DNA of 64,000 nucleotides from NCBI GenBank assembly GCA_027531145.1, contig JAPZRF010000002.1, forward strand, positions 46,291 to 110,290. The letters run 5' to 3'. Source of the DNA: Brevundimonas sp. GTDB taxonomy: Bacteria > Pseudomonadota > Alphaproteobacteria > Caulobacterales > Caulobacteraceae. This document shows positions 53,826-63,963 of the stretch, in pieces (position 1 is the first letter of the stretch; each line of letters opens with the position of its first letter). A program made the translations under genes and the position numbers. The notes beneath the pieces were generated by a model. The model made no database searches, was not told where the DNA came from, and saw only the letters and a list, made by a program, of their open reading frames with translations.

Positions 53826-54452
53826 ATGACGGAGTCTCCCGCCGGGCCGGCCCTCGAGCCTCTGCCGGGGCTGAAGCTCTGGCCCGGCCGGCTCGACGCG
53901 GCGGCCCAGGCGGCCCTGCGCGACGCCGTGCGTGTCGCTCTCGGGACCGCCCCGCCCTACCGCCCCGTGACCCCCTGCGGGCGGCCGATGTCGGTCCGGA
54001 TGAGCAACCTCGGCCCACTGGGCTGGGTCGCGGACCGCTCCGGCGGCTACCGCTACCAGCAGACCCACCCGGCGACCGGCCGGCCCTGGCCGCCCATCCC
54101 GCCCCTCCTGCTGGACCTGTGGGCCAATCATGCCGACCCGGATCGGCCGCCGGACGCCTGCCTCGTCAACCTCTATGGCACCGACGCCCGGATGGGGCTG
54201 CACCAGGACCGGGACGAGGCCGACCTGACCGCGCCGGTTCTGTCGGTGTCTCTGGGTGACACGGCCCTGTTCCGCTTCGGCCCCGCCGAGGGCGGCCCGA
54301 CCCGGTCGCTGCGGCTGGCCTCTGGCGACGTGCTGTTGCTGTCCGGACCCGCCCGCCTGTGCCGTCACGGGATCGACCGCCTGCTGCCCGGCTCGTCGCG
54401 CCTGCTGCCCGGGGGCGGCCGCCTCAACCTGACCCTGCGCCGGGCAGGCTGA
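53826..54452 (+). CDS. alkB: AlkB family DNA/RNA dioxygenase
   Basis: GWVAD..GYRY, CLVNLY, MGLHQD.DE, HGI and RLNLTLR; divergent from dnaK as known in Caulobacter. Confidence 0.93.
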   Translation: MTESPAGPALEPLPGLKLWPGRLDAAAQAALRDAVRVALGTAPPYRPVTPCGRPMSVRMSNLGPLGWVADRSGGYRYQQTHPATGRPWPPIPPLLLDLWANHADPDRPPDACLVNLYGTDARMGLHQDRDEADLTAPVLSVSLGDTALFRFGPAEGGPTRSLRLASGDVLLLSGPARLCRHGIDRLLPGSSRLLPGGGRLNLTLRRAG

Positions 54453-54530
54453 CGCATCACATCAATGGGAGTCGACGGCTCCCGGACAGCCTGCGATGGT
54501 CCGGGCACGCCGCATCTCCGAAGGACCGCC

Positions 54531-55436
54531 ATGCCCACGCTTCACCGTCCCGAGGGCCCCGCGCCCGAAGACGCTGTCCTCAGCCGCCGCGGCCTCGCCG
54601 GGGCCCTGGTCGGGGCGGCCGCCTTCGCCGGCTACGCCCCGGCCGCACTGGCCCAGGCGGCGCAGCCGATCGTCACCGACAGCGCCGGCCTGGTCATCAG
54701 CGAGGTGGCCTTCCCGGCCCCGGACGGCTTTGACCTTCCCGCCTATGTGTCCCGGCCCGAGGGCGACGGCCCCTTCCCGGTGGTCATCGTCGTGTCCGAG
54801 ATCTTCGGTCTGCACGCCTGGATCATGGACATCTGCCGGCGGCTGGCGAAGGCCGGCTACGCCGCCGTGGCCCCGGCCTTCTTCGTGCGCGTCGCCGACC
54901 CGGCACCCCTGACCGACTTCGCCGAGATCCAGCGCATCGTCGCCGCCGCCGGCTACGAGCAGGTCATGGGCGACATCGCCGCCACCCTGGCCTGGACCGA
55001 CCAGCAGCTCTGGGCCGACAGCGACCGCGTGGGCATCACCGGCTACTGCTGGGGCGGCAAGGTGGTGTGGCAGGCCATGGCCCGGTTCGCGGCCCTGAAG
55101 AGCGGCGTCGCGTGGTACGGCCGCCTCGCTCCCGCCGCTGACGCCACGCCGGAGCAGCGCGCCGCCGGGGCACCCTGGCCGGTCGACGTCGCCGGCGACC
55201 TCAAGGGCCCGGTGCTCGGCCTCTACGGCGGTCAGGACCGCGGCATCCCGCTGGACACGGTCGAGGCCATGCGCGCGGCGCTGGGCCGAGCCGGCGCGGC
55301 GGGCAGCGAGATCGTCGTCTATCCGGCCTCGCAGCACGGCTTCCTCGCCGACTATCGCGCCGGCTGGGATCCCGTGGCCGGTCCAGACGCCTGGGCCCGG
55401 CTGCTGGCCCATTTCACCACGCACCTCAAGGATTGA
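54531..55436 (+). CDS. Dienelactone hydrolase family protein with a Tat-like signal
   Basis: SRRGL signal, SEIFG, GYCWGG nucleophile and HGF.ADYR. Confidence 0.9.
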   Translation: MPTLHRPEGPAPEDAVLSRRGLAGALVGAAAFAGYAPAALAQAAQPIVTDSAGLVISEVAFPAPDGFDLPAYVSRPEGDGPFPVVIVVSEIFGLHAWIMDICRRLAKAGYAAVAPAFFVRVADPAPLTDFAEIQRIVAAAGYEQVMGDIAATLAWTDQQLWADSDRVGITGYCWGGKVVWQAMARFAALKSGVAWYGRLAPAADATPEQRAAGAPWPVDVAGDLKGPVLGLYGGQDRGIPLDTVEAMRAALGRAGAAGSEIVVYPASQHGFLADYRAGWDPVAGPDAWARLLAHFTTHLKD

Positions 55437-55489
55437 GTAATCAGACGCGGCTGATCCTTGAACGGCGGGATTGGTCGGTGGAGCCCAGT

Positions 55490-57788
55490 GATGAGATTCT
55501 TGCGCACGTTCGCCATGCCCGCCATGCTCGCGGCCGCCCTCGCCCTGCCGCTCGCCGCCTGTGGCGGGGGGGGGGGAGGCGGCGCACCCGGCGGCGGCGT
55601 GATCACCCCGCCGCCCCCGCCTCCCCCGCCGCCTCCTCCCCCCCCACCACCGCCCCCCCCGCCACCGCCGCCGCCGGCCCCGGCCCCTTCGCCGACCTCG
55701 GCAGAGGTCACGCGCAGCTACGGCATCGGCAACAGCCGGGCCATCGCCGCCTGGAACCGGGGTGCCACCGGTGCCGGCGTCACCGTCGCCGTGGTCGACA
55801 CTGGCATCGACCGCAACCAGGCCGACCTCGACGCCAACATCTCGTCGCTCTCCACCGACATCGTCATCGGCCGCAACACGCCGGAGGGGGCCAGCCGGCA
55901 CGGGACCCGGGTCGCCGGGGTGATCGCCGCCGAGTTCAATGGCTTCGGCACGATCGGAGTAGCCTACAACTCCACCATCCTGTCGATCCGGGCCGACATC
56001 AGCGACTGCAGCGAGCCGGACCGCACGACGTGCTTCCGCTCCAGCGACCTGGCCCGCGCCCTCGACTATGCCGTGGCCAACGGGGCGAAGGTGATCAACC
56101 TGTCGCTCGGCGGGGACGGAGCGCTCAGCTCCGCCTTCGAGGCCGCCCTGCTGCGCGCCGTCGAGGCCGGGGTGGTGATCGCCGCCGCCTCGGGCAATGA
56201 CGCGGAGGCCAACCCGGGCTTTCCTGGCCGCTACGCCTCGGACCCGCGCTTCCTCGGCGGGGTGATCGTCGTCGGCTCCCACGACGTCAGCAACAACATC
56301 TCAAGCTTCACGAATCGCGCCGGAGTCAGCGCCGACCGCTTCATCTCGGCCCCCGGCGACCAGGTCATCACCGACTGTGACGGGACCAACTGCTGGCGCG
56401 TCAGCGGCACCTCCTTCGCCGCCCCCCATGTCGCCGGGGCGCTGGCCCTGCTGCTGCAGGCCTTCCCCAATCTGACCGGCCGCCAGGCCGTGGACATCCT
56501 GCTGACGACCGCGCGCGACGCCGGCGACGCCGGCACCGACACCACCTACGGCCGCGGCCTGCTCGACATCGAGCGCGCCTTCCAGCCGGTCGGAACGACC
56601 TCGACGCCCCAGGCCGCCGGAACCGCCGTGCGCGTCGCCGAGGTTCCGGGCAGTCACGTCGGCGGTGCCTTCGGGGGTGCCCTGTCCGGCGGCGGCGAGG
56701 CGCTGACGACAGTGGCCCACGACAGCTACGACCGCCTTTTCATCGTCAACCTCGGGGGCGTGCTGCGGGCCGCCCCCCGCCGCAGCTTCCAGCCCGAGAC
56801 GCCGGAGCCGATGCACACGGCCACGGTCTCGGGCGAAACCGCCTTCGGGACCCGCCTGGCCCTGACCGCCGCCGTCCCGGTCCCCGAGGATCGCGAGGCC
56901 CTGCGCCGCGACACGCCGTTCCGCGCCCCTTGGCTCGGTTCGGAGACCCGGCGCGAGGCCCTGGCCACGATCGCGGGCGGTCGCCTGGCCCTCGCGGCCT
57001 GGCAGGGCGAGGGCGGCACCCGAGCCCCCTTCAGCGCCGGGGCTGGCGACGGCTTCGCCGCCCTCGCCCAGGCCGACCACGCCCTTCGCGGCGCGGTCGA
57101 TCTCGGCCGTTTCAGCCTGACCGCCGAGACCGGCGGCGGCGACCGCCCGGTCCCCCTGCGCCGCGCAGAGGAGGACGCAGCCCGATACAGCCGGGCCGGC
57201 CTCGCCTGGCAGGCCGACGAGCACCTGACCCTCAGCCTTTCCGCCGGCCGCCTCGACGAGCGCCTGGGCCCGCTCGGCGGCTACTTTCCCTCGACCTCGG
57301 ACTTCGCCATGCCCGCCTCGACCGACTTCGGCGCGCTCGGCTGGCGGCTTGAGGCCGGGCGCGGCCTGACCCTGGAGGGCGAAGTGGGGGCATCGCGGAC
57401 GCAGATCCGTGACGGCCTGCTGACCCTGGCCGACCCGGCACTGGGCTCGACCTGGCGGGTCGGCCTGTCCGGGACCTGCGCCTCATGGCTGCCAGGCTGC
57501 CGCAGCCTGCGGCTGGAGCTGTCCCAGCCGCTGCGCATCGAGGACGGGACCTTCGAGGTCGAGCTGGCCGATGTGCCGCTGGAGTACTTCGACCCGGTCA
57601 CCTTCTCGGTGCGCCGCCTGTCGGCCAGCCCGGACGGCCGGCAAATCGACCTGTCCCTGTCCAGCCTGCACCGCACCGGCCCGGGCTCGGCCCTGTCGCT
57701 GCGCGCCGTCCTGATCCGCGACGAGGGGCACCGCCGCGACGCCGACCCGACCTTCGCCCTCCTCGCGAGCTGGCGTCGGGGATTCTGA
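55490..57788 (+). CDS. Lipoprotein subtilisin-like (S8) protease with a probable C-terminal beta-barrel
   Basis: Lipobox LAAC, poly-Gly/poly-Pro linker, triad VVDTG / HGTRVAG / GTSFAAP, alternating beta pattern ending WRRGF; start set at MRFLRT. Confidence 0.85.
55566..55576 (+). repeat. G11 homopolymer inside the protease gene (C8 tracts at 55638-55645 and 55653-55660)
   Basis: Counted directly from the sequence. Confidence 0.9.
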
Positions 57789-57793
57789 CGCGC

Positions 57794-57922
57794 CCTTCTT
57801 CCCCACGCCGTGGGGAGGGGGACCGCCGAAGGCGGTGGAGGGGCGAGGCCGCGCCCCTCTGGAACGCCCCTCCGTCTCGACGCTGCGCGGCGAGGCACCT
57901 CTCCATTTCATGGGGAGGAGAA
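57794..57922. repeat. REP/CIR-like composite between convergent genes
   Basis: Left arm matches 35609-35660; right arm is the reverse complement of the 17081/26130 core. Confidence 0.8.
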
Positions 57923-57930
57923 TCTCCTGC

Positions 57931-58548
57931 CTACCCGCGATCCATCGCGCGGCGGATGACCTCGGCCATGCGGTCGGGGCCGAGGTCATGCGACAGGGCC
58001 GCGCGGAACTGGCCGTCGGGCCCCATCAGATAGATCGTGAGGGTGTGGTTCATGGTGTAGTACTCGCCCTCGCCGACCCGCTCGTAGACGGCGCGGTAGA
58101 CGCGGGCCGCCTCGGCCACCTGCTGCTCGGTGCCGGTCAGGCCGATCGTGCCTTCGGGGAAGGCCTCGTTGGACAGGTAGTCCGCCAGCGCCTCGGGCGT
58201 GTCGCGGCCCGGATCGATCGAGACCATCAGCACCTGGATATCGTCGCCGGTCGGCCCGAGCCGGTTCAGCGTCGCCCGCAGCGCACCGAGGGTCGCCGGG
58301 CAGTAGTCCGGGCAGTAGGTGAAGCCGAAGAACACAAGGCTCCAGCGCCCCTCGAGCTTCGCCTCGGTGAAGGGCTGGCCGGTCTGGTCGACCAGCTTGA
58401 AGGGGCCGCCGATGTCCGGCTGGCCGGTGGAGATCACCCGCGGCTCCAGGGTGTCACGGCCGCCGACGACGATCACGGTGACGAGGGCCAGGGCCAGGGC
58501 GACGCCCAGGCAGGCGGCGGCGAACAGGAAGATGCGACCACGCGGCAT
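57931..58548 (-). CDS. senC: SCO1/SenC copper chaperone
   Basis: FGFTYCPDYCP, SIDPGRDT and YTMNH; divergent from regB. Confidence 0.92.
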   Translation of the reverse strand: MPRGRIFLFAAACLGVALALALVTVIVVGGRDTLEPRVISTGQPDIGGPFKLVDQTGQPFTEAKLEGRWSLVFFGFTYCPDYCPATLGALRATLNRLGPTGDDIQVLMVSIDPGRDTPEALADYLSNEAFPEGTIGLTGTEQQVAEAARVYRAVYERVGEGEYYTMNHTLTIYLMGPDGQFRAALSHDLGPDRMAEVIRRAMDRG

Positions 58549-58603
58549 GGGCAGGTCCGATAGCCGCGCCGACAATCCGGCGCGCGCCGTCTATAGGTAG
58601 CCT

Positions 58604-60094
58604 GTGACCCCGAATGAAGCCCCCTCGACGCCACAGTTCGGCCCCGCCGGGCCGGCGCTGGCCCATACCCGCGATGTCGGCGGGGTGCGGCGCGGCCGCG
58701 GCCTGTCCCTGAGGACGCTGGTGATCCTGCGCTGGGCAGCCCTGGCCGGCCAGACCGCGGCCATCACCCTCGCCCAGGTCTGGCTGCAATTCGACCTTCC
58801 TGTCACCGCCTGCCTGACGGTGGTGGCCGCCGGGGCCCTGGTCAATTTCGCCGCCATGACGCGGCTCAGCCGGCAGGAGGGCCACCTCGCCGACGGCCCG
58901 CAGACGGCGCTTCACCTCGGCTTCGACATCCTGCAGCTTAGCCTGCTGCTGGGCCTGACCGGCGGGCTACAGAACCCCTTCAGCCTGCTGCTGGTGGCAC
59001 CTGTGACGGTAGCGGCGGCGTCGCTGCCGGCGCGCCAGGCCCTGCTGCTGGGGCTGATGGCCCTGATCGCCTCGGCGGCCCTGTTTCTGTGGGCCATGCC
59101 CCTGCCCTGGGCGAAGGGCCAGACGCTGGAGCTGCCCTACCTCTATCTGATCGGCATCTGGATGGCACTGGTCACCGGGGTGGTATTCACTGCCACCTAC
59201 GCTTGGCGCGTCGCCGCCGACGCCGAGAAGCTGGAGCTGGCCCTGGCCACCACCCAGGACGTGCTGCAGCGCGAGCAGAAGCTGGCGGCCCTCGGCGGGC
59301 TGGCGGCGGCGGCGGCGCATGAGCTGGGCACGCCGCTGGCGACCATCCAGGTGGTGGCCAAGGAGCTGCTGCGCGAAAGCCGCTCCGAGGGGCCGATCGC
59401 CGAGGACGCGCGACTGCTGCTGCAGCAGGCCGACCGCTGTCGCGACATCCTCAAGCAGCTGTCCCAGGCCCCCGATGCCGGCGATCGACTTTACGCCGAT
59501 GTGTCGCTCAAGGCCCTGCTCAACGAGATCGTCGAGCCGCACCGCGGCTTCGACCTCGACTTCGAGATCCTCGTTCGCGCGCCTCCGGGGCGGGATCCGC
59601 CGCGGGTGCGCCGCCTGCCGGAGATCATCCATGGCCTGTCAGCTTTCGTCGAGAACGCTGCCGACTTCGCCGCCTCGCGGGTGCGCGTCAGCGCCATTGT
59701 CGACGCCGGCTGGATCGTCATCGAGATCGTCGACGACGGGCCGGGCATCTCGCCGGACATCCTGCCCCGCCTCGGCGAGCCCTATGTCACCAGCCGGCCC
59801 CAGGCCAAGGCGCGCCGGGCCCTGGCCGAGCAGCTACGCGCCGCCACCCGCGGCCGGCGGGGTGCGGCCCCGCCCCCGGCCGAGGTGGCCCCCAGCCAGG
59901 GCGGCATGGGGCTGGGCTTCTTCATCGCCCGCACCCTGATGGAGCGCACCGGGGGCGAGGTCACGGTCGGTGCCGGCGACGGCGGGCCGGGCGACAACCG
60001 CGGTGCCCGGGTGGCGGTGCGCTGGCCGCGCGCCCGGCTGGAGCCCGATCCGGACCAGCCGGTCGACCTGGCGGCGGATCGCCGCATCCATTGA
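58604..60094 (+). CDS. regB: Redox sensor kinase RegB/PrrB/ActS
   Basis: LRTLVILRW, GGLQNPF, AAAAHELGTPL, DRC, ENAADFA and GMGLGFFIA. Confidence 0.95.
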   Translation: MTPNEAPSTPQFGPAGPALAHTRDVGGVRRGRGLSLRTLVILRWAALAGQTAAITLAQVWLQFDLPVTACLTVVAAGALVNFAAMTRLSRQEGHLADGPQTALHLGFDILQLSLLLGLTGGLQNPFSLLLVAPVTVAAASLPARQALLLGLMALIASAALFLWAMPLPWAKGQTLELPYLYLIGIWMALVTGVVFTATYAWRVAADAEKLELALATTQDVLQREQKLAALGGLAAAAAHELGTPLATIQVVAKELLRESRSEGPIAEDARLLLQQADRCRDILKQLSQAPDAGDRLYADVSLKALLNEIVEPHRGFDLDFEILVRAPPGRDPPRVRRLPEIIHGLSAFVENAADFAASRVRVSAIVDAGWIVIEIVDDGPGISPDILPRLGEPYVTSRPQAKARRALAEQLRAATRGRRGAAPPPAEVAPSQGGMGLGFFIARTLMERTGGEVTVGAGDGGPGDNRGARVAVRWPRARLEPDPDQPVDLAADRRIH

Positions 60095-60194
60095 CGCGCC
60101 GGGCCCCCGGCCCAAGATGCCGTCCAGAAAAAACGTCCTGCGCGGCCTGACCGCGCCGCTGAGGCCCCCCGGTCGCAGACTGAAGGAGATCCGG

Positions 60195-60752
60195 ATGACA
60201 GACCTCGACGCCCGCGTCGCCGCCCTTCCCGACAAGTCGCTGCTGTTGCTCGACGACGACAACGCCCTGCGCAACCGGCTCGGCCGGGCGCTGGAGTCGC
60301 GGGGCTTCGCCGTGACCACGGCCGCGTCGGTGGCCGAGGCCCAGGCCGCCCTGCGGCAGACGCCCCCGGCCTTCGCCGTGCTGGACATGCGGCTGGAGGA
60401 CGGCAACGGCCTGAAGGTGGTGGAGCTGATCCGCGAGCGCCGCGAGGATGCCCGCATCGTCATGCTGACCGGCTACGGGGCCATCGCCACCGCCGTGGCA
60501 GCGGTCAAGGCCGGGGCAGTCGACTATCTGTCCAAGCCCGCCGACGCCGACGATGTGGTCAAGGCCCTGCTGACCGAGACCGGCGAGTCCCCCGAGCCGC
60601 CGGACAATCCGATGAGCGCCGACCGGGTGCGCTGGGAACACATCCAGCGAGTCTACGAGCTGTGCGACCACAATGTCTCCGAGACCGCCCGCCGCCTCGG
60701 CATGCACCGCCGCACCCTTCAGCGCATCCTCGCCAAGCGCGCGCCGCGATAG
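60195..60752 (+). CDS. regA: Response regulator RegA/PrrA/ActR
   Basis: LTGYGAIATAV and MSADRVRWEHIQRVYELC..NVSETARRLGMHRRTLQRILAKR. Confidence 0.97.
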   Translation: MTDLDARVAALPDKSLLLLDDDNALRNRLGRALESRGFAVTTAASVAEAQAALRQTPPAFAVLDMRLEDGNGLKVVELIRERREDARIVMLTGYGAIATAVAAVKAGAVDYLSKPADADDVVKALLTETGESPEPPDNPMSADRVRWEHIQRVYELCDHNVSETARRLGMHRRTLQRILAKRAPR

Positions 60753-60761
60753 GGGGCCGGC

Positions 60762-60800
60762 CTCTCCTTCCCCATAGCGAAGCGTGTGGGGGAGGAGAGA
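60762..60800. repeat. REP-like hairpin
   Basis: CTCTCCTTCCCCATAGCGAAGCGTGTGGGGGAGGAGA between convergent regA and mmcB. Confidence 0.6.
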
Positions 60801-60809
60801 TGCTACCGC

Positions 60810-61256
60810 CTACCCCTGCCCCGCCCGCAGCGCCGCCAGCCGGCCGAACGCCAGGGTCAGGGCCTTGCGGCGGGCGGGTGCCAGCGGTGCCGGGGCAGCC
60901 TCGCGCAGCACCGCCCCGCCAAAGCCGTCGGCGACGATCAGGCCGCAGGTCGCGTCGATCAATGGTTGAGGGAAGTCCGGGGCCACGGCGAAGTAGAAGG
61001 CGTCGCAGAAGGGCCCGTACTCGCGCCATTTCTGGTCGTAACGGAAATCCTCGACGCCCGACTTGACCTCGCAGATGACGATCTCGCCGCGCGGGCCCAG
61101 CGCCATGACGTCGGCGCGCCGGCCGTTGGGCAGGCCGACCTCCAGCAGCGGCGCATGGCCGAGGTCGCGCATCAGCCGGGCCGCCCCCCGGGTCACGGCC
61201 AGGGTCGTCTCCGGCCGGCGGGTGACGAGCTCGATCTGCAAAAGGGCGGCGGGCAT
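60810..61256 (-). CDS. mmcB: DNA repair putative endonuclease MmcB (DUF1052)
   Basis: LPNGRRAD, ICEVKS..EDFR.DQKW.EY..FCD.FYFA and LIVAD.FGGA; SOS box upstream. Confidence 0.92.
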   Translation of the reverse strand: MPAALLQIELVTRRPETTLAVTRGAARLMRDLGHAPLLEVGLPNGRRADVMALGPRGEIVICEVKSGVEDFRYDQKWREYGPFCDAFYFAVAPDFPQPLIDATCGLIVADGFGGAVLREAAPAPLAPARRKALTLAFGRLAALRAGQG

Positions 61257-61263
61257 GGCCCAT

Positions 61264-61278
61264 GTTCCGCGTCTGTTC
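61264..61278. promoter_or_regulatory. LexA box GTTC-CGCGTCT-GTTC over a probably leaderless mmcB promoter
   Basis: Minus strand TTGACC(61290-61285)-N17-GAACAT(61267-61262), with the ATG 6 nt further on; mmcB is an established SOS gene in C. crescentus. Confidence 0.85.
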
Positions 61279-61328
61279 CGCGCCGGTCAAGCGTTGCGTC
61301 GAGGGGGAATCGCCCGCACGTTCCGGAC

Positions 61329-61649
61329 ATGGGCCGGGATTTTCACGCGGACCTGACCCGGCTGCTGCGCGACGCAGGCTGCTGGCGCGTGGACGGCGGC
61401 AAGGGCAGCAACGAGAAGTGGCGCAGCCCGCTCAACGGCCGGACCTTCATTGTGCCGCGCTCGAAAAGTCGCCACAACGCCAATGAAGTGCTGAAGCAGG
61501 CGGGCCTGCCGAAGGCCTTCCAGACCGAAATCGGTGGAGCTGGACGCCGCCCAACCCGGCTCGGATTTCGGTCCGGTTTCAAGCGAGGTCGCGATTCACG
61601 GCATCGACGGACTCGCGAAGCGGCTCCGCTTCAACCGATCAGGCTCTAG
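61329..61649 (+). pseudogene. HicA-like toxin gene, apparently disarmed and read through
   Basis: MGRDFHADLTRLLRDAGC...GKGSNEKWRSP...KSRHNANEVLKQAGLPKAF followed by CAG at 61521-61523 and about 42 extra codons. Confidence 0.7.
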
Positions 61650-61876
61650 GCTACGTTCAGGTGCCGCCGCGCCGTCGCCTGGAAGTCGATCGTGACCTGT
61701 CCGGCAGGGAGACCCAGATTGTCGTTCAGCAGGTCCGGCGCGAGGGCGAAGATCAGCTGCTCGAACTCGGCCAGGCTGTCGGCCTCGATGACCAGGCCGG
61801 GGATACCGGTTTCCGAGACCCAGACCTCGGCCTGGGCGTCCCAGCTGGCTCTGACGAAGAAGGTCGGGTTGCTCAT
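61646..61876 (-). CDS. DUF1902 (HicB-like) antitoxin-type protein
   Basis: VRASWDAQAEVWVSET.IPGLVIEADSL.EF..LI..LAP.LL..N, an RNase H-like HicB N-domain pattern. Confidence 0.75.
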   Translation of the reverse strand: MSNPTFFVRASWDAQAEVWVSETGIPGLVIEADSLAEFEQLIFALAPDLLNDNLGLPAGQVTIDFQATARRHLNVA

Positions 61877-61964
61877 GGCGGGTCAGGCGTCAACCTGAGT
61901 CCACGGTACCGGGAAGTCAACCGCGAGGCCGCGCCTCTCCTACCCATACGCGGGGGAGGGGACG

Positions 61965-62540
61965 CTACCCCCGCTCCGCCGGGGGCTTCAGCCGGTTGAC
62001 GGCCCAGTCGGCGCGGGACTGGCCCCAGCGGTCGACGGCGGCCTCGTGGTAGGGCGGCGGCAGGCGCGTCGGGCCCTGGTTTCGCGACCCCAGCTTCATG
62101 GCCAGCCGCTGCGACGGGATGTTGTCCGGGGTGATGCAGTGGATCACGTCGGCCCAGCCCAGCACGTCGAAGGCGTAGTCCATGCTGGCCTCGGCCGCCT
62201 CCAGCGCCAGGCCGCGGCCGGCGGCCTCCGGATGCACGCCCCAGCCGACCTCGTTGCCCGGCCAGTCCAGTGGCTGCCAAGGCCCGATCCGGCCCATCCA
62301 CAGGCCGGTGTCCTTTTCGATCAGGGAGAACATGCCGATCCCGGTCAGGGCCCAGGCCCCGACCATGGTCATGAAGGGTCGCCAGGCGGCAGCGGGCGTC
62401 TCGAGCGGCCCGCCGATAAAGCGCGCGCTCTCGTGGGCCATCGACTCGGCCCAGCGCGGGAAGTCCTCCAGCCCGGGCGGGCGCAGGATCATCCGTGGCG
62501 TCTCCAGGACCGGGCCGGGGCCCATCAGGGGCGTGCTCAC
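61965..62540 (-). CDS. GNAT N-acetyltransferase (RimJ/RimL-like)
   Basis: LETPRMILR, GRIGPW, EVGW, GRGLA.EAA and N.PSQRLA.KLG. Confidence 0.88.
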   Translation of the reverse strand: MSTPLMGPGPVLETPRMILRPPGLEDFPRWAESMAHESARFIGGPLETPAAAWRPFMTMVGAWALTGIGMFSLIEKDTGLWMGRIGPWQPLDWPGNEVGWGVHPEAAGRGLALEAAEASMDYAFDVLGWADVIHCITPDNIPSQRLAMKLGSRNQGPTRLPPPYHEAAVDRWGQSRADWAVNRLKPPAERG

Positions 62541-63070
62541 AACAGATACTCCCGCTCAAGCGTGTAGCGGCTGCCCTCGTGGGTCAGGACGCTCGCGTAG
62601 AGACCGAAGCGATCGACCCGGAACGGCGGCGAGGCCAGCAGGTTGTGGCCGGTCATCCAGGCCCCGATCCGGTCGGTCTGGGCCCCGCGCAGGTAAGCGA
62701 GGGTGACGTGCGGGCGATAGACCCGCTTCTCAATGTTGATTCCGGCCCGTTCGCCCGCGGCGCGGCAGCGACCCGCCAGCACATTGAGGGGTTCCGACGG
62801 GGCCACCCCGGCCCAGATGGCGTCGGTCTGGTGGGCGTCGCCGAAGGCCCCGGTCCCGGCCAGCTCCAGCTCGAACGGGGCCACGGCGGCGCGGCTGAGC
62901 TCGGCGTCGAGATCGTCCGCCATGCGCGGGGCGACCTCGCCATAGAAGGCCAGGGTGATGTGCAGGTGATCCACCGGACGCCAGCGCGCGCCGGGCAGGC
63001 CGGACTGACGCCGACTTAAGGCCTCCGCGATGTCCACGGGCAGGGCAAGGGCGGTGAACAGACGAAGCAT
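62537..63070 (-). CDS. thpR: RNA 2',3'-cyclic phosphodiesterase
   Basis: MLRLFTAL with two 2H motifs, HITL and PHVTLA. Confidence 0.92.
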   Translation of the reverse strand: MLRLFTALALPVDIAEALSRRQSGLPGARWRPVDHLHITLAFYGEVAPRMADDLDAELSRAAVAPFELELAGTGAFGDAHQTDAIWAGVAPSEPLNVLAGRCRAAGERAGINIEKRVYRPHVTLAYLRGAQTDRIGAWMTGHNLLASPPFRVDRFGLYASVLTHEGSRYTLEREYLL

Positions 63071-63207
63071 GCGGCCTTTGGTAGCGCCCCCGCAGGAGCC
63101 CGGCCAGCCCGGTTTTGCTTGAAGCTCCGGCCGCTTGCCACGATATCTGGCGACTGGAGCCTCACGCGTCCCGCGGGCGGCTCGATCTACTGGGAGACCC
63201 TTTCGCG

Positions 63208-63963
63208 ATGAGCGATTTCCGTAACGGCTACACACGCGCCACGCCGGCCATGGCCGACATGGCGGTCGACGCCGGCCTCAGGGCCTTCATGCTCGGCGTC
63301 TACAACAAGCTGGCCATCGGCCTGGTGGTGGCCGGCGTGCTGGCCTATGTCACCGGCAATGTGCCGGCGGTGCAGCAGCTGCTGTTCGGCCTGACCACCG
63401 ACGGCCGCGTCGCCCTGACGCCGCTGGGCATGATCATCCAGTTCCTGCCGCTGGTCCTGCTATTCGGCTCGATGTTCTTCATGCGCAACCCGACCGCGGG
63501 CGGCGTCAACCTGCTCTACTGGGCGGTGGTCGGCTCGATCGGTGCCGGCCTGGGCATCGTGTTCCTGCGCTACACCGACGCCTCGATCGCCTCGACCTTC
63601 TTCGTGACGGCGGCGGCATTCGGCGGCCTGAGCCTGTTCGGCTACACCACCAGGCGCGACCTCGGCCCGCTCGGCACCTTCCTGATCATGGGCGTCATCG
63701 GCCTGGTCATCGCCAGCCTGGTGTTCATGTTCCTGCCGGCGGCCCAGAATCCGGTGTTCTACTTCGCCATTAACGCCGTCGGCGTGCTGCTGTTCTCGGG
63801 CCTGATCGCCTATGACACCCAGCGGCTGAAGCTCGACTACTACCGGCTCGGGGCTGACCCGAACGCCATGGCGGTGATGACGGGTTTCGGCGCGCTGAGC
63901 CTGTTCATCAACTTCGTCAACCTGTTCCAGTTCCTGCTGGCCTTCATGGGCAACCGGGAATAG
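63208..63963 (+). CDS. Bax inhibitor-1/YccA family membrane protein
   Basis: GLRAFMLGVY, FFVTAAAFGGLSLFGYTT, AYDTQRLK and ALSLFINFVNLF. Confidence 0.93.
   Translation: MSDFRNGYTRATPAMADMAVDAGLRAFMLGVYNKLAIGLVVAGVLAYVTGNVPAVQQLLFGLTTDGRVALTPLGMIIQFLPLVLLFGSMFFMRNPTAGGVNLLYWAVVGSIGAGLGIVFLRYTDASIASTFFVTAAAFGGLSLFGYTTRRDLGPLGTFLIMGVIGLVIASLVFMFLPAAQNPVFYFAINAVGVLLFSGLIAYDTQRLKLDYYRLGADPNAMAVMTGFGALSLFINFVNLFQFLLAFMGNRE

Noticed and set aside
63118-63148. Sigma32-like promoter for the YccA-like gene (CTTGAA...CGATATCT)
   Set aside because: The -35 fits, but -10 match and spacing are poorer than at dnaK and dnaJ; not supportable without data.
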